Assembly: GCA_963847185.1 (NCBI GenBank)
Contig: CAWJYV010000007.1
Span: forward strand, 256,001-320,000
Direction: 5' to 3'
Source of the DNA: an uncultured Methanosarcinaceae archaeon
GTDB taxonomy: Archaea; Halobacteriota; Methanosarcinia; Methanosarcinales; Methanosarcinaceae
DNA: 64,000 nt
This document shows positions 60,142-64,000 of the stretch, piece after piece. The position numbers and the translations under genes were made by a program. Within the stretch, counting starts at the first letter, position 1; every line of letters starts with the position of its first letter. Below the pieces are notes generated by a model. The model had not been told where the DNA came from, did not search any database, and saw only the letters and a program-made list of their open reading frames with translations.

Positions 60142-61047
60142 TCAATCTAACTTCAAGCCCTGCTCTGTAGGTTTTGTTATAATTACTTTACCGCCTGCAC
60201 TTTCAATGGCTTCAGCAACCTGTGTACATTTATCAGGTGCTGTAAGGGCAACCATGCATCCCCCGCCTCCGGCACCTGTAATCTTTGCTCCGAAAGCTCC
60301 GGCTCCTCTAGCGGAATAAATCAGCCTGGAGAGTTCAAGAATATTCACCCCAAGAGCATCCAGAAGTCCCTGGTTTACATTCATAAGTCTGCCAATTGAA
60401 GAATAATCTCCTGCAAGGACAAAAGGTTCCCCTATTCTGGAAATTTTGCCAATTGAAGACATTAGGGGCTCTATAAGTTCTGGATAACTTTCACGGAGCT
60501 TTCTGACATTTGCTACAAGCTCCTTCGTAGAAGAAAAAACTCCTGTATCCCCTATAACAATTCCACAATCAGGTGTTCTCAGTTTCCTTCTATCGGGAAT
60601 GGTCACAACTCCTCCGAATGTAGATACATAGGTGTCAGTAGGACTAGCAGCTCCCTGTACCTGTATCTCTATCTCGTGCCCCATTTTTGCAATTTCTTTG
60701 AGAGAAAGGCCGCAGCCAAGCAACTCATTGAGGACGCCTATACATGCAATTGTCACAGCAGCAGATGACCCGAGTCCGGAGCCTACAGGAATATCAGACT
60801 CAACCTCAAGGAAAATACCTTTAACAGGAGATATCTTTCTCATTTTCTCAATAACCGTGGAGATATACGGATGCTTTTCAAAGTCAATTCCTGTTCTGCC
60901 AATTTGCGACTGGATTATTATGGAATCATTAATTTCCGCTCTCACTCGGGTCCTTAACTCAACTGCACATGCTATTGCGTTTTCTCCATAAACAACTGCA
61001 TGCTCTCCGAAAAGATAGATTTTCCCGGGGGCAGAACATGAAACCAT
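60142..61047 (-). CDS. mvk: Mevalonate kinase
   Basis: APGKIYLFGEHAVVYG, PVGSGLGSSAA, KITGAGGGG. Confidence 0.96.
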   Translation of the reverse strand: MVSCSAPGKIYLFGEHAVVYGENAIACAVELRTRVRAEINDSIIIQSQIGRTGIDFEKHPYISTVIEKMRKISPVKGIFLEVESDIPVGSGLGSSAAVTIACIGVLNELLGCGLSLKEIAKMGHEIEIQVQGAASPTDTYVSTFGGVVTIPDRRKLRTPDCGIVIGDTGVFSSTKELVANVRKLRESYPELIEPLMSSIGKISRIGEPFVLAGDYSSIGRLMNVNQGLLDALGVNILELSRLIYSARGAGAFGAKITGAGGGGCMVALTAPDKCTQVAEAIESAGGKVIITKPTEQGLKLD

Positions 61048-61249
61048 TATTACTCCTCTTAAATTTGATTGAAATTTTTATTCAGTGAATTTATTATTTG
61101 AACTTCTGATTTAATTCATAAGCTGATGTACAATATTATAAAATAAAAGTTTAGGAATTACTTATCCGGGCATAAGTAACCATGGATATCCCGGTATTTT
61201 TTAATTAAAATCAGAAATTGAAGGGTTTTATTTTCCCGTAGGAATCCTT

Positions 61250-62047
61250 TCACTCTACGATTATTGCGGCATATCCTACAACTGCATCTAAATCTCCGGA
61301 AATATTCCCGCTATTTGTATAATTAAGCAGAGTAGCCTTTTTTCCTCCAAGCTTTTTGGAAGCTGTCAGCATCGCAGCGATTGGCCCATAGCCGCATACA
61401 GATGCATTTCTCCGATAGAGCCTGTTGTATATCTCCGGGACATCCAGATTCAGGATAGCTTCTATGATTTCATTGTCAACTTCCTTTGCAAGATCTGCAG
61501 GCTGGTAGTGAGTAAAATCGCTGGATGCTATGAAAACTACTTTTTTTCCACTTTTGGAAACAAGATCCGCAGCAAGGTTCCCTACCTCAATTGCAGTCTC
61601 TTCATCCTGCATGCCCATACATATAGGAAGGATCTTGAAATCTCTCTCAAAACGATATTGAAGGAAAGGAAGCTGAACTTCAATCGAGTGTTCGTACCTG
61701 TGTCCGAGTTCGTCTGCATCAACGATGCTTCCCAAAAAACCATCTGCAAGATCGACATCAACCTCTATCGTCCCCAGAGGAGTTTTCCATGTATCCCTGG
61801 ATACTGATACCGGCGAACCGTATCCCGTATGGTTGGGGCCAAAAAGGACATAGGTATCGGCTTCTGGAAGGGTTGCATAAGCATGTGCAGCTACTTTCCC
61901 TGAATAAACATATCCCGCATGAGGGCAAACAGCTCCGAGAACATTTCGTTCCCGGATCTCCAAACCTTCAAAACATCTCTTAAGTTCTTTCTCCAGATGT
62001 TCACAATGCAGGGGATAGAACTGCCCTGCAACTGCTGGCTGTCTCAT
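61250..62047 (-). CDS. MEMO1 family protein (AmmeMemoRadiSam protein B)
   Basis: RQPAVAGQFYP, PHAGYVYSG, EHSIEVQLPFLQ, SSDFTHY, CGYGP, VVGYA. Confidence 0.93.
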   Translation of the reverse strand: MRQPAVAGQFYPLHCEHLEKELKRCFEGLEIRERNVLGAVCPHAGYVYSGKVAAHAYATLPEADTYVLFGPNHTGYGSPVSVSRDTWKTPLGTIEVDVDLADGFLGSIVDADELGHRYEHSIEVQLPFLQYRFERDFKILPICMGMQDEETAIEVGNLAADLVSKSGKKVVFIASSDFTHYQPADLAKEVDNEIIEAILNLDVPEIYNRLYRRNASVCGYGPIAAMLTASKKLGGKKATLLNYTNSGNISGDLDAVVGYAAIIVE

Positions 62048-62116
62048 TTCTAATCACCCATATAAGATACGGGTCATTTTTATATATGCTTGCAGTATGC
62101 AGGACTGAGTCTGAAA

Positions 62117-62854
62117 TCAGAGAGGTGTTTCGAAGTCTGTCATCTCGTAATTGAAAGGAATATTATTAGATTTTGCCACTTCTCTTGCAAGCAACCAGTA
62201 AACAAGGGAAAGAGCTTTTCTACCTTTGTTGTTTGTGGGGATCACAAGATCCACGTTTGAAATCAGGTTATTTGTGTCACAGAGTGCTACAACAGGTACG
62301 CCAATGCTTGAGGCTTCTTTCAGAACCTGGGCATCTCCTGCAGGATCGGTTACAATCACAACATCAGGCTCAAAGAAACCATAGATCTGAGGGTTTGTAA
62401 GGGACCCGGGGATAAACCTTCCAAGCATTGCCCTTGTGCCGAGTGCTCTGGAAAACATTCTTGCAGGGTGCTGTCCGTACTGCCTTGAAGAAACAACGAG
62501 TATTCTTGAAGGATCATAGTGAGACAGTAACCTTGATGCAACTCTTATTCTCTCGTCTGTAGCCTGGATGTCAAGCACATATAACCCATCAGTTCTGACT
62601 CTGTATACAAAACGCATCATATCCTGCGTCTTTTGCTGGGTTCCGATGTGAACGCCTGCTGCCAGGTATTCATCAATAGAGACAAGTGATGTGGTCCCTT
62701 CTTTTTCAGAAGCTTCTTCATCCTTTGTTCCTACATTTCCGGTTTTTGCTGCGGCTTCCTTTTCAGGTGCAGGTTCTGCTTCAGCCACGACATTTTCTTC
62801 AGGCAAAGGCTGTGCTTTATTTTCCTCCTGCCCTGTTTGCTCTATTTCCTCCAT
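62117..62854 (-). CDS. rps2: 30S ribosomal protein S2 with acidic N-terminal extension
   Basis: [32 protein letters not shown]. Confidence 0.96.
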   Translation of the reverse strand: MEEIEQTGQEENKAQPLPEENVVAEAEPAPEKEAAAKTGNVGTKDEEASEKEGTTSLVSIDEYLAAGVHIGTQQKTQDMMRFVYRVRTDGLYVLDIQATDERIRVASRLLSHYDPSRILVVSSRQYGQHPARMFSRALGTRAMLGRFIPGSLTNPQIYGFFEPDVVIVTDPAGDAQVLKEASSIGVPVVALCDTNNLISNVDLVIPTNNKGRKALSLVYWLLAREVAKSNNIPFNYEMTDFETPL

Positions 62855-62924
62855 AAAGTCACCTCATAATATAGAATCGACAATAAAACACATTCAGTAT
62901 CTGAAAATGTATCCCATTACGTTT

Positions 62925-63116
<192 letters not shown>

Positions 63117-63220
63117 CTAAAACTTAAAAACGCTCCGATGAATTCCAATAATTGAGAAGCATGATAATGTTTGATATTTTAGTACATACCTGAATACCAG
63201 TATCCCTGAAAAAAGGGATA

Positions 63221-63295
63221 TGGGACCGCTGAGATTCGAACTCAGGTTCCGGCGTCCCGAACGCCGAAGGATGGACCAAGCTACCCTACGGTCCC
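63221..63295 (-). tRNA. tRNA-Pro(CGG)
   Basis: GGGACCG...CGGTCCC acceptor stem; anticodon arm CGGCG-TTCGGGA-CGCCG; GTTCGAATC T-loop. Confidence 0.96.
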
Positions 63296-63484
63296 TTACT
63301 GGTAAGGTGAAAGTACATCAACAAGTTCGACGTGGCTCAAGAACATTCTACGGCAGCAATAACGGATGATCCCAAGATCATCCAGCACAGCAGCAGAGTC
63401 TTCACCATCGTTGACGCGTCTTTTGTACTCATCCCAATAGTTTGAGACTACTTTTCCACATGAGAAACATCGGACTGGGATCAT
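63296..63484 (-). CDS. rpoN: RNA polymerase subunit Rpo10 (N)
   Basis: [11 protein letters not shown]...RYCCRRM. Confidence 0.96.
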   Translation of the reverse strand: MIPVRCFSCGKVVSNYWDEYKRRVNDGEDSAAVLDDLGIIRYCCRRMFLSHVELVDVLSPYQ

Positions 63485-63488
63485 AGTT

Positions 63489-63899
<411 letters not shown>

Positions 63900-63906
63900 T
63901 CACCCT

Positions 63907-64000
63907 TTAGAACTTAGAACCCATTTTCTGGCTCACTTCACCAAGCTCTATATATTTGTTGGAACTCAGAAGCCTCATATCAGCATCTGGGATGGTGATC
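63907..64000 (-). CDS. rpl13: 50S ribosomal protein L13, C-terminal fragment
   Basis: Manual translation ...[28 protein letters not shown]; position directly upstream of rps9. Confidence 0.85.
   Translation of the reverse strand, partial: ITIPDADMRLLSSNKYIELGEVSQKMGSKF

Overview
Archaeal chromosomal segment. Gene content (TFB, Gar1, RpoK/RpoN, archaeal MAT, YVTN/PKD surface proteins, AcnA plus citrate synthase) points to a methanogen of the Methanosarcina type; this is an inference. Most of the window is housekeeping: mat, hisG/A/B, fdhD, cysteine desulfurase, LarE, a phosphohexomutase, the lower archaeal mevalonate pathway (mvk, PMDh large and small subunits, AMP decarboxylase, ipk, fni, GGPP synthase), PPDK, RNase J, a ribosomal/RNAP operon and two tRNAs. 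Four accessory blocks stand out. (1) A type IV pilus locus (5.0-14.6 kb) with a KaiC/FlaH-like ATPase lacking the catalytic glutamates, PilB, PilC, an oppositely oriented major pilin and three minor pilins, one fused to a PKD domain and a YVTN beta-propeller (candidate tip adhesin). (2) A bacterial-type beta-propeller surface protein islet (26.6-30.6 kb). (3) A RavA/ViaA-like AAA+/vWA pair split by a sequon-dense W-N repeat microprotein, next to an E1-like ThiF lacking the loop cysteine and an orphan HExxH protein. (4) An islet at the 3' end of tRNA-Thr carrying a Mesh1-like HD hydrolase and a repeat membrane protein. An unannotated 52-aa ORF with a long structured leader precedes the cysteine desulfurase. 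No CRISPR array, rRNA, integrase or transposase was seen. All family calls come from motif recognition, not database searches.
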